A program made the translations under genes and the position numbers. Below are positions 1 to 13,600 of a DNA stretch of 64,000 bases, piece after piece. The stretch covers positions 211,939 through 275,938 of the forward strand of contig MNCI01002197.1 in assembly GCA_015680685.1 (NCBI GenBank). Direction: 5' to 3'. The notes under the pieces are model-generated. The model saw only the letters and a program-made list of their open reading frames with translations, searched no databases and was not told the origin of the DNA. The stretch comes from Gnetum montanum. Taxonomy: Eukaryota > Plantae > Gnetophyta. Numbering within the stretch: the first letter of the stretch is position 1; the number at the start of each line of letters is the position of its first letter.

Positions 1-329
1 AAGGTTTATCCACAAAGCTCATCTTTATTGTCGTACACAACTTGCGTTCAGGTACAATGTTGCTCGAATAAAGATCCGTTCACTTGGGGACTCCTACTAC
101 GGGCACATGGAAAATATTCTATCTCTGGAGTGATCAATCTGCCAGAGTCTCCCTACTTCTAGCCTAGGATGGGAAATAAGGGGAGTGCCACCTCTTATTT
201 ATAGATTTGGTGGTGAACCACGATATCACGTACGCGACATCGCAGGGGACGACGCGAAATCGCGTACGTGATATCGCATGGGATGCGATATCGCGGCGGC
301 CAGCGGCTCATGCAAATTGCGTCTCATCA
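1..329 (-). mobile_element. Athila-type Ty3/gypsy LTR, 5' portion (runs off the left edge)
   Basis: Reverse complement of 1-120 aligns with 62461-62580. On the minus strand it starts TGATGAG at 329, the same terminus as the LTR at 62331. Confidence 0.8.
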
Positions 330-331
330 CA

Positions 332-3300
332 AGTTTCTTTAGTGTTATATCAAAAAGCTCAATCAAACTACTAGCTATAATTTTTCATTTATGGTGACTT
401 TATGCAAGAATAAGACATTGCAGTGATGCTCATCTTTAATTGCATAATCAACAAGTTCTCTTTTCTCTTGAAATCTAGATCCATCTTTCTTTTCAATTCT
501 AAAATAATGGGAGCCCAATCTTGCTTGGCTAAATTGACAACATAGGTGAGAGGATATAAGAGCAAATAAATAAGCTATTTTTTTGTTGATGCTTCCTCTA
601 ATGTTGTTTAGGAAGAATTTTTTCTTTCCTATTGGGTTACTCTAGACGTGCAAAAATGTCTTATTTTTTATACTCTTACGAAGCTACCCTATATTGTAAT
701 GTAGAATATCCATCTCAAAATTCTATTTTTTGAGCCAAATCATTCCCTCATAGAACCATCCTTTCTATTATGTAGCAACCAAGACTTTTAATGTCTTGTG
801 CTATAGGAAAGACTGAACACATGCTACCAGTTAACAAAGAGATTCTATCTCTAAAGGCATAATGTTTGCTTCAAGAAGTTGCAAATCATATTGTACCTAT
901 CTTTTAATCTGAAATTCCTCTACCAAAAAATTCTTACGTACATCTTCTATTTTCTTTTAATATTTGCTAGCAAGCAAGTCTAGGACCCCACATTGCACAC
1001 CCATACAAAAGAGTTGTATGTGTAATGAACAACATTATTGATTTTTTTTTTTATTTCCTAAGTTAAGATAGTTTGCTTTTGACATTTTCTTTTTAAATCA
1101 AATAAGGTTCTCAATCGACTTGCAATCCTTTGTTTAATGCACATCTCCCAATTATAATTGTGAGAGATATCTAGACTAGGGTAGCTATAATTTGGTGTCA
1201 TGTTTACTTGGTCCTTTTCAATAGTGAAAATTATTCATTATTCCTAGTGCCACACACCATTATATTGGTTTTCTGCGCATTAACTTTCATTTCTAAACAT
1301 TGGCAAAAATCATCCAAAATAGTAAGCATTTGTTGTAGCCCTTCCTTAGAGTTGGAGATGAGAGCTAGATCATCAACATACAACAAAAGGTTAACAAAGT
1401 GATCATTAATTTTAATAGAGTATTTATTTGAAATTTTATGCATTAGCTCCTTGAAGTGCATTAATAAAAAGAGTAGGTGAAAGAGAATAAACTTGTTTCA
1501 CCCCAATATCACTATGTAATAAAATACTTTTATAGAAGTTGTGATTTGTGATTTGTATATATACCTTTTGGTAAAGACTTTGAATAGTAACTAACAAAGG
1601 TGGAGGAGTACCTATGTCTTGGAATCGCTTCTACAACTTGTTTTGAATAACTAAATCATATACTTAGACATCTGCAAAACAAACAAAAATTCTTTTATTT
1701 TTCCCTTTTGCACAATCAATAAGATATTTCAATGTAATAAAGTGATCGATAGTGGAATGGTGATGTCTGAACCTAGTTTGTGAAATTGCTCGCAAATTGT
1801 TTTATTCTGTCTATTTCCCAATCTTCATCTCAAGAATATTTTCCAAAAACCTAGCAAAAATATTACTAATCAAAATCAACCTAGAGTTATTTAAATCAAA
1901 TCTATCTTCTTTTTTGAAGAGTAAAATAGCTTTGTTAGGGTACCATTCTTTATCTAAACCAATTTGGAAAGCATGGTTCAGATTTTTCCAAACTATCTAC
2001 CATAGCAAAGATCCTCCTTATGTTAGCATTTCTCCATAAAGTCCTGCTGCATCAATTGCTTTACTGGAGGCTAATTTTTTGATGCCTTGCATAGTATCCT
2101 CAAAGAAGATGAAAAAGTTGTCATTGTTTTGCCGTTATCTTACTAGCTCACCCTTACCTTAAAATTTTTTGATAAAATTGCAGAATCTAAGAAAAGGGAA
2201 ATTTCAATTTCAAACTTTTTCTTTGATAAAGCAACTTCTAGAAATTTCTTGGTTCTTTCTTGATCATATAGAGAAGAGTAATTTATCTTTTTTTAATGAC
2301 TTGTCTCTTTTCATTCCTAAATAAATTCTTATAAAGCCTAATAGCTATTGAAGATTTTTGTGTTTTTAATTTAAGTCTAGGTGCTATACATTGAGAATTA
2401 AACTAAGGTTGGGACTATGTTGATGCTTTTCTAAAAACATGTTGTATTACTAACACTAAAATTTCTTCAAGTTTTACATTAGGATTCCAATGCTTTTGAA
2501 CTTACTCTTGAAAATCTAACTTAACTTTCTTTGTTATCCTATAAGACATTGGCTTTCTCTGCACTGTAACATGTTGTAAATTTATCAAAAGGCTAAAATA
2601 CAGTGGCTAATGGTTAGACTCAATAACCTAATTACATACTTCAAAATGTTTAATACAAACTAGACTCTTTATATTGGTGATCAAAAAATCAATACATGGA
2701 CAACCTTGTGATCCTATGAATTAATATTAACCACAATTGGAAAAATTGGGTAATCCATTAAGAATTTCCAAATTTAAACCTTGATTCCAATCTAACAAAT
2801 GTTTGCATCTATGATTAACTTGCATATCTTGAAAGAATCTTTTCCACTCTACATTAATCTCATAGTTTACATATTCTTGTTGATTACAAAAGCTTACTGG
2901 GATTTGTTCAAGCCCAACCCTAGCATCAAAATCCTCACAAATGCACCTTTTTCCCTTCTAAGAAAAATCCCAAGGCTTTGTAAGGGGAAATCCCTTGACA
3001 TGTTTTCTTTGGCATAAAAAGTAGCTTCTTGAGGAGCAAAATAACAAAAAGTTAAGAAAAAAATGACCTTCTCATGAGCTACTATTATATATTGTTGTAT
3101 GATACTATGAGTTAGCACAGCTAGGCTACTAGAAGGTCTTTCATGTTCACTTTTTTCTAGTAAGAAAAGGAAAAGGTTTGAAAACCTAGATATACAAGAT
3201 CATTGGAGCCATCCCCATGCCATATTTCAATAATCCCAAAAAATATCAAATTTATTGAAGAACAAAATACTATGCAAACTAATAAGTTTATCTGCCATAG

Positions 3301-3480
3301 AGCCATCAATATTCAAAAGACCACAGTGCAGGAATTTTAATCCCTATTTACAATCTTTGATAACTGCAACATAGTTCATACTAATATAAGAAAATTTTCT
3401 TTCATCTCTTAATTCTTTTACTTTCTTCCATTCTTCAATTTTTTAGCACATTCTTTACATAGAAGGTCTTCATTTAGCCA
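332..3480 (-). mobile_element. Degenerate non-LTR retrotransposon (RTEX/L2-like), endonuclease plus RT; boundaries approximate
   Basis: Minus-strand RT motifs QTRFRHHHSTIDH, RIFVCFAD, IGVKQVYSLSPTL and LLLYVDDLALIS...LQQML (1231-1461). Endonuclease-like YFAP, LNLEILNG and CIDFL around 2680-3050. Many stops. Confidence 0.75.
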
Positions 3481-4229
3481 CAAATTTTCACCTTTTAGAT
3501 TGCATCAATTATCCTAAATTTTTGCCCTTGCCTTAGCATCTTGAAATTTAATAATAAAATGACAACTTCTTTCTCTTGACCTATTTTTATAGCCTCCAAA
3601 ATATGGGGTTATTTTGTCAATTTATTATGCATTTCTATTTTAGCCTATAGAAATAATGAAGTGTTAGCCTAGTGATAAGACTCTTGACTTGGAAGCTCCA
3701 AGTTATGTGTTTGATTCTTGTAACTAATGCTAAGTTATAAAATTCTAATTTGACTATATGTCTTAAGGTGTCCCTATATTTCAAGTATTTTGGGTTCCAA
3801 CATCACCACCAAATAATGTCAAATTGAAACTAAAATTTTTTACTTACACCTTTGATTTATTAGACTTGTTTTAGAATTTTTTAATGATTTTTTATATAAA
3901 ATTTGTAACTTACTATTATAATACATTTATTTTTGAGTCCAATAGCCTTAGGACATTTGTACTCTTTGTTTAACATTACATTTTTCTTATTTCTTTAAGA
4001 TTCAAGATAGAAGATACCTATTTTACTACTATTAGAAAAAATTACGCTATTGTACTAAAATAATAGAAAATTGCAGATAAATCCTTAATTTGAAGTGATG
4101 CCAAAGAGATGTAGCTATCAAGTTTGGCACCCTTGGTGCTAAGTAACACTTAATTTGCAACCTAGAGGCATGTTGCTGAGTAGCCCCTACTCTATAGCCT
4201 AGAGCACATTCTAAGTAGGTGCTGTTGTC

Positions 4230-4870
4230 ACTTTGCAATTGATGGAAAAAGAGGAAACATAGCCTATGCACAACCCCTACCCACAAAGGAGGAAACGTAG
4301 TCTATAACCACCTATGCACCGCTCTTCTCTCTCTTTTTTAACTCTTGTTCTCAAGAAATATAGGCTACAACCCTCCTTTTTTGTTTCTAACTCTTATTCT
4401 TAGGAAATGTAACCTACAACCTTGACCCACACAACACAAGAAATGTCAGAGGAAACATAGCATACAACCTGCCCTTTTTTTCCAACTCTTGTTCACAGGA
4501 AATGTAGCCCATAACCCACTTTTTTGTTTTTCTGGAAATGTAGGTAGCTCATGCATATGTAAAGGCATGAATTGAACCCACAACCTCCCAACACAAATAT
4601 GGACATCCTAATTGCTAACCCATACCCAGAGGTACAATTGATTCTTAAAAAACACCAAAAACAAAGATTTTCTAAAATATCTTGGAAGTGAAAATTTTTG
4701 TGGGATGACAATGTATTAGCAAATTGAACCTACAGCCTCTCAATGCAAATATGGGTGTCTTGACAACTAAGCCATACCCTCGAGTACAATTGAGTCTTAA
4801 AAAACACCAAAAACAAAGATTTCCTCAAGTTTCTTGGGAGTGAGAATCTGTGCGTGATGACAATGTATAA
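4230..4870. repeat. Degenerate GGAAATGTAGCCTACAACC-like subrepeats and a ~152-bp direct duplication upstream of the gene
   Basis: The motif recurs across 4250-4560. The block GTACAATTGA..CTTAAAAAACACCAAAAACAAAGATTT occurs at 4632 and 4784. Confidence 0.6.
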
Positions 4871-5228
4871 TGAGGTTAAAACGGTAGTTATGGTATTTGG
4901 TCACTCAAATGCTTCAAACTTCCTCGCAGCCTGGAAGTAAGCCTTGTGACTCTATTAGGAAATCCTGACTTACAAATTTCCAATTAGACCAGGTATCCCG
5001 AGCCGTTGTACAACTGACGGCGCGTGCTAGGCAGGCCAGAAATGCATGCATGATCGAGAGTCTAAAATAAGAGCCAAAACAAAAACAGACGAAAGCAGAG
5101 ACGCCATAAAATGCGCTCCGGCGCTGTGCAGCCCGGCCTTGCTGTGCCTTGTTAATTCAGATTTGATATCGATCTTGGGCATTAGCTTTGTGCAAAACAG
5201 AAGTTCAAGCTCAAGCATACGCATTGGC

Positions 5229-5410
5229 ATGGAAGATCCTGCCAACGACGCTCAGATTGAGAATGATTGGTCTTTGCATAGGGATAGAATCAAACACTTA
5301 AGCAATCATAAAAATGATACGAGTGCTGCCATGGCAGCGAGGCTTCTGGAAGGCTGGGCTATGCTAGCTGAATATTGCCCTCAGTGTTTTACTCCTCTCT
5401 TGCGTAACAG
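5229..5410 (+). CDS. ZNRD2: ZNRD2/SSSCA1-like zinc-ribbon protein (Auto_anti-p27 family), coding exon 1
   Basis: MEDP...SAAMAARLLEGWAMLAEYCPQCFTPLLRNR matches the family motif M..LL.G..ML...C..C..PLL. Donor AG|GTCAGT at 5411, phase 2. The ATG at 5229 is inferred. Confidence 0.88.
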
Positions 5411-6369
5411 GTCAGTTAACTGTTTTATGTGTTTGTTTGTGTCTCTTCATATGAATTCTGTTAGGGGAGATATTGAATTTTAGCGCCTGCGTAGGTAATG
5501 TATAGAATATGCACAGGGAATACGATTCCAAAAGAAAAATAATTGTCGTGGAGAAACGGCAATAGCATGATCTTGGCTGCCTTGCTGGACCAATCGATAT
5601 CTTTGTGAAACCATTGGCAAAATCAGAAGGCTCGATTAGTTTTGAAATAGTACCCAAAATGAGCCGCTCAATTCTATGTGTACGCAGAGAAGGACATGTT
5701 CTTTTAAGTTTTCCGCTGTGAAAATACATATAATGTGAAGAGTTCTGGGAAAATACATATCAACATGTGAAGAGCAATTGCTAATGTAGCAGTAGGAGAA
5801 ATATCAATATCATGATGTTGGTTGCCTCACTGTACCAAATATTGGTTAGGTCTATTCTGGGTACTTTGATGGTTATTGTATTGAACGAACTGGTAGGTTA
5901 ATTGGTAATTTATTGATTTATCAATAGCTTTGATAACTCAAGTGGTTAGGGCACCTTTTTAGTAAGCATAAGTCCATGAATTCAACTGTTATTTAGGCAG
6001 TGTCATACCCTAGTGGTTAAAGCAATCTGAATTTTATACGGAGGCGGAGAAGGTCATGCTTCCACAAAGATCCAACTTTCTCTAGTCAGTCCAAGCTATA
6101 TCGTGATTGTCCAATAGTCAGAATGGTTATGTTTGAGACGCTATGGTATTTCGTCGCAAATGGAGGGTTGCCACACAACAGTAAAGGTAGGCTTGTTTGC
6201 TCTTTACTTGCATGCATTATTATTTAGTTTGGAGTAATGTCAGGCCCGATCAACTTTCTAACAAGGGATAGGCTTACATTGAAGCCTTCATCCATGTCAT
6301 TTGATGTGTCCTTATTGTTCATGATGTCCTTGAAACTTTGTTTGTTTGGCTGTTTTATTTTATTTTTTT

Positions 6370-6900
6370 AAATTTCATTTTGGCCAGGCCAATTACTAGC
6401 TTTGTCCAAGACTTGGTCATGGTAAAATAACTTTATCATTGTAATGGTGAGGAGGAGCTCTCTTGGTCATGGTCTTTTTCTCTAGTCTAGTCATAATGGT
6501 GAGGGGAATCTCTTGGTCATGGTCTTTTTCTCTTGTCTATAGGTATACTAGACTTTCACGGCAAATAAATAATTATCTTCATAATGGTGGGCTAAGAAGT
6601 GAATTTTTTTTGGGAATTATTATTTTGGCTAAGAGTTTTGTGGAGAGGCCAACTACTCTATTACTTGGACTTTGTTCCTAGAAATAAATAATTATTGTCA
6701 TAAAGCTAGATGAAGAGATGAGCCTTTCATGAGAACTATCATTGAAGAACATACACTGGTTTTGATTTTTGTTTTCAATGTGAAAATCAATTTTCTGTTA
6801 ATCAATTTGAGATTTTATTAATTTAAAAGATATAAAAGATTCTCTTGGCCAAATAATAGATAGATATCATAAGTATGTAGCTAAACTAGTATTATGTTTT
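6370..6900 (+). repeat. Non-coding dispersed repeat with internal subrepeats, copy 1
   Basis: Shares GGCCAATTACT...TTGGACTTT...AATAATTAT subrepeats and TCTTGGCCAAATAATAGATA with 53320-53990. Confidence 0.55.
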
Positions 6901-6963
6901 CTATGGTGTTAAGTAGGCATACCTTAATGGGTTAGCTCATGATGATAGAATAAAGATACCAAG

Positions 6964-8010
6964 ATCATCATCATCATCCTAGCCTTATCCTAACTACATG
7001 AATTTTTTTATGCAATTTGGTTATATTAAGAGCCAAATAAGCATTGATACTTAAATCTTGGGTGTCTTTTTTTTTATATAGCAAACTAAGTATGTTTTGG
7101 TCTATAACTTTGTTGGTTCCCTACTTCCCTTCAATTTTAATAAAACAACCTTTTCTAATAAGAGCATTCTCTAGTATTCTTAGCACATGACCAAACCATC
7201 TAAGACAGTTTTTCTTAATCTTTTCATTTATAAGAGCTATGCCTACACTTCTCCTAATAAGCGAGTTGTTGATTCAATCTTTTTTATTCACATGGAACGT
7301 CCACCTTAGTATACACATCTATGCCAGATGCATATATTATATGCTTGATGTTTTTTTGATAGGCTAACATTTTGTACCATAAAGAATCACAATTCTAATA
7401 ATGGTTTTGTAAAACTTACTTTTTAACCTAGCATGGATTCTTCTATCACAAAGCACACCACTAGCCTCCTGCCATTTCCTTCATTTGGCTTCAATTATGT
7501 TTTTCAAATCATTGTTAATTTTAACATCCACTTGAAATAGAGACCTCATTATGTTTTTCACCTCATTGTTAATTTCAACATCCACTTGAACTAGAGACCT
7601 CAAGTATTTGAATTGCTTAGATTGAGGAACTTCTTGGTTTTCAATTCTAATTTGCGTTTCTTCATTACTTGCTATTCCACTAAAGGTGCACTTTATGTAT
7701 TTCATTTTAGTTCTACTAATCCTCAAATTTGTTGACTCTATAGTGTTTCTCAAAGTCTCCATTTTTGCAGCAAGGACTTCCTTAGATTCATCCACCAAAA
7801 CAATATCATTAGCAAAGAGTATACTTCGATGGATATCATCTTAAATATCTTTGGTTAGCTCATCCATAATAATAGCAAACAAATAAGGGCTTAGAGCAGA
7901 TCCTTGGTGTAACATGCCCTTCATAGGGAAGTTTGAAGTCTCTCAATAGACAATGTGAAGTCAAGTTGTTGCTGCATCGTACATGTCTCTATTTGAATAT
8001 ACTTATTACC
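6964..8010 (-). mobile_element. 5'-truncated RTE-clade LINE (RT C-terminus and (GAT)n tail)
   Basis: ORF 7481-7798 reads LRISRTKMKY...FKYL...EI..EV. Downstream SGVLCDRRI..LK.KFYKT is typical of plant RTE. The (ATC)n tail is at 6964-6978, and there is an internal 54-bp tandem duplication at 7494-7601. Confidence 0.85.
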
Positions 8011-9559
8011 TTTTGAAATCCCAAGGATGTCATTCCTTATTCTCTCAATACAATTCCTCATTTTACTCTACCTATCATTCACATTTTAGGTTTAAATCCC
8101 AATGTCCTTCTGCAAGCAAGCATGAGGATGATGTTATGTTAGGTCAAAAGTTTTAGACCTTGTAAAGAGGTTAGAAGCTTTAGTGTCTGAGAATTTAAAT
8201 GTTTTATTATGTAAATGAGGGCCCAATGTGAGACCATGTAGAAACTGAAAAATTATGAAAAATCTCCATGTCTTACATCTATATAAGGTGGAGAGCAAAA
8301 CATTTTTGGCATGTAATGCCAAAATTAGAAAACTATGTCATTGTCAAGATTGAAGTTTCAGCTATTTCTTTTGAACCTTTTAGGAATCTTTTATGATTTT
8401 CTCTATTATCATGATCGTTTCATATAGTACTCTCTTAAATGCTTTAGCTTCATTAATTCTATTGATTGTTTCATGAGCAATTATGCTGTGTTTTAGAATT
8501 AATGATGATATTTAGAAGTGCTATAAATATTTTGATATTAGATCATGTAGAATTTGATTGTACCTAAGTATATCTAAAGTATTTTATCTAAAGTATCTTT
8601 GTTGATCTTTACAGGGTCCAAGAACAATTGAAAGACTTTCATGATAATTGAGCAAGTTAGGGTTTGAATGATATGTAATTTTGATGTTTAGCGTTTTGAT
8701 TTCTTAAAAACCTATGAGATCTAGAGCTCATGATTAGATTTATGTCACCTTTCTTTGGATCTATGCTCCTGTCATTTTAGATCTCTTAGATCCAAAGCTC
8801 AAGATCAGATCTATGTAAGACTATGTGCATCTTTGATCATTTGATATGTCAAAGGTTTGTTTGAGATTAAATCTCAATGGTTTGCTTGATCATTTGTTAT
8901 TTCAAAGGTTGGTTTCAGATCATGTGCATCTTTGGATCTATGCTCCTTTCATCTTAGATCTCTTAGATCTAAAACTCAAGATCAAATCTATGGATGATTG
9001 TGTGTATCTTTGATCGTTTGTTATTTTAAAGTTTTGTTTGAGATTAAATCCTTTGTATATCTCCATTTCTTGGAGCTTTGAAGCATCAGCAGGTTTGAAA
9101 ACATTCTTTCATCCATTTCAAAGTTAAATAGACTTAATTGGCTCACTTTGAAGTAATATGAAATTCAAACTATCTTTCCCATGCCTTTTGCAATCTATCA
9201 TGACTACCATTGTGACCTTTGCATAAATTGCAACTAGAGTCATCACAGAGTGTTGGATTATAACAATATCAATTGCCAAATTTTGAAACTATTATTAACA
9301 AATTTTGTAGTTGCTTTGTAGTTGTGGAGATAAAGGTCCTTAACTAATGTTTGTAATCGCTCCTGGTTTGTAAATGTACCCTTTTATATAGGAGTTGTTG
9401 AACATAATAACTTGAAATGTCAATTTGATAAGATGGTGAGTGAAACATTAATGATAATAGCTATGCAAGGTTGAGTGAGAGATTATAAAATTGCAAGAAC
9501 ATTATTGTCAAAACCAAAAGAAGGAGGGGGGAATCTGGAAGTTGAGAAAAGAAAATTTG

Positions 9560-11340
9560 AATGTAAAGCCATGGCAAAGAAGTAGTAAAAGAAGCCGAGG
9601 TTTGATAAGGCTAGAATAGCGGCTTAGGGAAAAAGGAAGAAGGTCAGGACCTTCACGTGGAAGAAGAGGAAAATGATGGCGGAATCCTAATTTATTTTCG
9701 GCCAGTTGCAAATAAGCAACATTTTGAAGAAATTTGGATTGAAGTGTTGAGGTTAGGGTTCACAGGCTATATATTGGCAACAATTTCTGAAGATAAAAGG
9801 ATTCCACCTGAGAATAGTAAGGAGATCTTGGAGACAGAAAAAGAAGCAAATTTTATGTATAAAGAGGATAATAGAGACTTTGTTTTTACTTTGAGAGGGG
9901 ATACAATATGATCTATTTTCTAGGATGAAGCTATGAAATCTCCTTAGAGCCATATTGAAAGAAATGATGAGATTGAAGAAATTTTTGTGAATCCAGAATC
10001 TTATCCAAAAAAAGAAGAAGAAAAATTGGATAAGAATCAACACTCTGAAAGAGCCATTTGAGAGTATTGTTTTTGCATTCATGGCTTGTATTAGGCTCAC
10101 CAATAGAGATACCCACATTAGCTTTAGTTCCTTGTAAACAATATACCAAGTTTGACACTTTGACAAGAAACATACTTGGGCGAAGGATACTTCTAGGAGA
10201 ATAAGAACATGCCTGGAGTGTGATTGACCTTTAAAACAGGGTTGACCTTTCTTCTCTTATAGCAATTTGATTTCTTTTGTCATTAAAAGGCTGAAGAGCA
10301 ATATGGATGAGGGAAAGCCAAAAGCTCTAGTTATCACTAGAGAACCTTCAACAAAATTATCCAGAAAATAGGAGAAGAAATAATGAAACCAAGGGGAAGA
10401 ACTGCAAAATGAAGAAGAGAAGGACGAAGAGGTTGAAGCAATTACAGAAAGTTCTAACATGAAAAGGTCCAAGTGCATCCAGCGAAGGAGAATGAAGAAG
10501 ACCGAGGTGTCTAAAACACTAGCAACCAAAGTAACCAAAAGGAAAAGGAAGAAGAAAGGACATGCTTCTTGTGCAAAATTAAGAAGCAATGAAGGTTGAA
10601 GAAGCAATTGCAACGGAGGAAAGTTACAGTGAAAAGAGAGAAAATTGCTTGTTGAAATGATGCCCAATGTAGAAGCCAAGTTAATGGTAAAAATGTTTGA
10701 ATTCTTCTTGTTTTCACATGACTTGGAGAAGCTAGAGGTCAATCTACAAGATGAATGGCATAACCATCGGGGAGATTGGGAAGAAACATTGGAAAAATCT
10801 ACAAAGGGTATAAAGATGCCCTAAAATATTGGAAAAGTCGATGTATTGCAAACCCTATGGCGAAGTTGATACTAAGAGATCTGTACATGCAGAAAGTTGT
10901 GGAGAGTGTGTATTACATAGTACACATGAAAAAGAATGCAGAAATGATCTACAGCTTGTGAAGCAATCACCTAGAAGGATGAAGAGATAAATCAGCTGGA
11001 AATAGAAAAGAGTGAATATTGGAAAAGGTATGAGGCATTGTGAGAAGAGAATGGAAAACTAAAAGCTAAAGTAGAGGAGCTTAGATCTAAAATCATTAAA
11101 GACATGGAAGAGCATGTGAAAATTAGTAGGATGGTTGAAGATATCAAACAACTGCACTAATGTGAAGAAGTACAAAAGAAGCTGAGGACCCTAGAAGTCC
11201 CACCAAGTATAAGTTATGATAAATCTAGACTCATAGAAGGTTGTCTACCATCTCAGCAGGGAAACTGTGCTACCCTTGATGTTGCTACAAAGACTTTTTT
11301 GGAGATGCTAGCTGCTCATGCTAGTGGAGGTGAGTTGTAA
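9560..11340 (+). pseudogene. Decayed extra ORF (transposon-protein-like domain, charged linker, coiled coil), probably of an LTR element
   Basis: Residual purine-rich coding signal: EIWIEVLRLGFTGY..., NWIRINTLKEPFESIVFAFMAC..., then E/K-rich segments. It lies upstream of a PPT/LTR junction at 13075-13084. Confidence 0.45.
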
Positions 11341-11507
11341 GTTCAATATGCCTAAAATTCTTAGAGTTTGCCTGGATGGTGGTCTTTTTTTATGTTTGAT
11401 TGAGTGGTCAACTTTTTTTTTGTTAAATTGACCATTAAAGTCTAAAGTGTCCTTGAGGGGTCCCAAGGCAAATTGTCTACTGTTTTGTAAAACTGTTCAT
11501 ATGTTTG

Positions 11508-12405
11508 TGGTGAGGCGGCTTCTTGGAATCCACAATCCAAACCTTACAAGTTGCAAAGATCACAAACAATACTAGGTTGAACAAGAAAAGGAAGTGCACA
11601 CTTTATTTTTGCTCAAAGGAATTGGAATACAATGCACAAAGGAAGCAAACATACTGCCAAGGATACACAATCAATCAATAAAACTGTCACACCCTCTCAC
11701 AATACAAACTTGACAATCAATGGATGATCAATCACTCATAATGCTTTAGAAGATCTCTCACTCTCTCAAGCAAGCTTTTTATCATAATTGACATTCACTT
11801 GTTATTAGAATGACATTAGGCTGGTAATAGGCATCTTCTTTTGAATTGCTTTGGTCTTTTATACCTTTTTGAAATGTCCCTTGGTCTTCTCTTGACTTTT
11901 GGACTTCCTAAAAAATTGTGTTTTTTTTTCAAAAAATCAAATTTAATGATATTGCAAGTGACTGCGGCCTGTAGTTCCCTCACAACAACCATCTTGTGAC
12001 TGAATTGCAACTTGCACCTTGGTGTATTGGTAAAACCTAGATATTTTTTGGCCATTGTTTCTCTACTGAATGCGATCCCATTATGATTAGCAACTTTGAG
12101 ACTGCAACCTCTTGTGACTTGCAGGTCCTTGCAACTCTCCCAAACACTTGGAATTACAAAACAATTGACTGTGGTAGACTGCAATTGCAACTGCTCGCAC
12201 CTGGTAGATTGCAACTCGCAGCAAGCTTGTAGTTGCCTGCCTAGACCATAAAATCTATGCAAATGACTTTAAACAAAGAACGAAACATAAACACATAACT
12301 CCTACTACTCCTAGGATAGATTAAGGATGAGAATCACCTTCCTACTACTCCTAGGATAGATTAAGGATGAGAATCACCTTAAAGAGTGGGTTGATGGCCT
12401 CATCA
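11508..12405 (-). mobile_element. Solo LTR related to the CRM-type element at 35627-42245
   Basis: Termini TGGTGAGG...CCTCATCA; the first ~150 bp align with 35627 onward. Flanks GTTTG/ATTTG form a TSD with one mismatch. Contains a 40-bp tandem duplication at 12301-12380. Confidence 0.8.
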
Positions 12406-12608
12406 ATTTGGTAAAAAATATTCTAATATACATATTTAGTATGGACTTTGTTTTTTGAAATGACATAAGTCTAGTTCCTATGTTTTTGAATCATCGGCCC
12501 GTTACTTTTATGGGATTTACACAGTTGTAGCTCCAAAAGGGTCCAAATTGTAGTTTTACGAGGTGGGGCTTTAGCTGGGGAATGACCCACTTCTGTAATG
12601 GTCAGATG

Positions 12609-12943
12609 ATAGTAAAAAGTTATAGCGAAACCAGTAGCTACTGCTGCTATATCCACAAGTAGTTGGGATGTAAAGAAAATTTTGGTCTTAATGGAAAAAT
12701 GTTACATTGTCCGTGTAAAATAACTTGAAGTATCAAATTGTTTGTGAATGGTTTTAAAAATTCTTTATGAGTGACAATAGTAAAAAGTCATATTGAAACC
12801 AGTAGCTACTGTTGCTATATCCACAAGTAGTTGGGATGTAAAGAAAGTTTTGGTCTTAATGGAAAAATGTTACATTCTCTGTGTAAAATAACTTGAAGTA
12901 TCAAAGCGTTTGTGAATGGTTTTAAAAATTCTTTATGAGTGAA
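12609..12943. repeat. 168-bp tandem duplication
   Basis: ATAGTAAAAAGT...TCTTTATGAGTGA occurs at 12609 and 12777. Confidence 0.9.
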
Positions 12944-13074
12944 GGGAAGATGTGTGATGGTCTAAATTGTTTGTGTTCGGCCAAGTCCATTTGATCATGT
13001 ATCAAATTTGGACATAAAAGGCCACTCACCCAAGAATTTTAAAGACTGATAAAGAATGAACTGATTCTAAGATT

Positions 13075-13600
13075 GAAGGGGAGTGTTGAACAATACCATG
13101 AAATGTCTTAATACCAATCTTAAATTGGTATTCCCACGGAGTTAAGTAAACAATTAGACGTGTTCACACAAACTTAACGATTACAACCATTCAACATCCG
13201 TAAAGAATCAAAACTGTGTTAAGTTGCAAAGAAGAATGGAGAAGGTGAATAACAGAGCATGACCAATATGGAGTAAGGTGCAGCAAGAGTCCATGTGGAA
13301 AAGAACATACAGGACACCATCTATGTGAAGAAAAATTTTAGAATCCAAGTCGCATAGGAGTTAAATGAGCCTGGAAGTGAAAGGTATCTGCAGGCTAAAG
13401 ATGATGATGCAATGTGTTGCAAGGAAGACGTGGAAAAGAGTATTATGCATACATAGAAAGTAACAATCTGTGTAACCTAATCAAGTTCAAGGAGCAGGTA
13501 TAACAGTTCTAGAAGAGTGAGTGTGGATCAAGTCCATTTGCAATAGGAACAAGCCGACGTGGGCTTGCTTTCAATGTATATAAACTAGCTTTCTTTTTCC
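13075..13600 (+). mobile_element. Copia-type PPT and start of a 3' LTR; right boundary uncertain
   Basis: GAAGGGGAG immediately followed by TGTTG at 13084. Confidence 0.5.

Noticed and set aside
3661-3742. tRNA gene (also 43826-43900 and 52180-52240)
   Set aside because: Only degenerate A and B boxes, with no complete cloverleaf; better explained as SINE heads.
5046-5483. The 145-aa ORF as a complete single-exon gene
   Set aside because: It holds only half the zinc ribbon. The sequence after 5410 is intron read-through, and the part before 5229 shows no family similarity.
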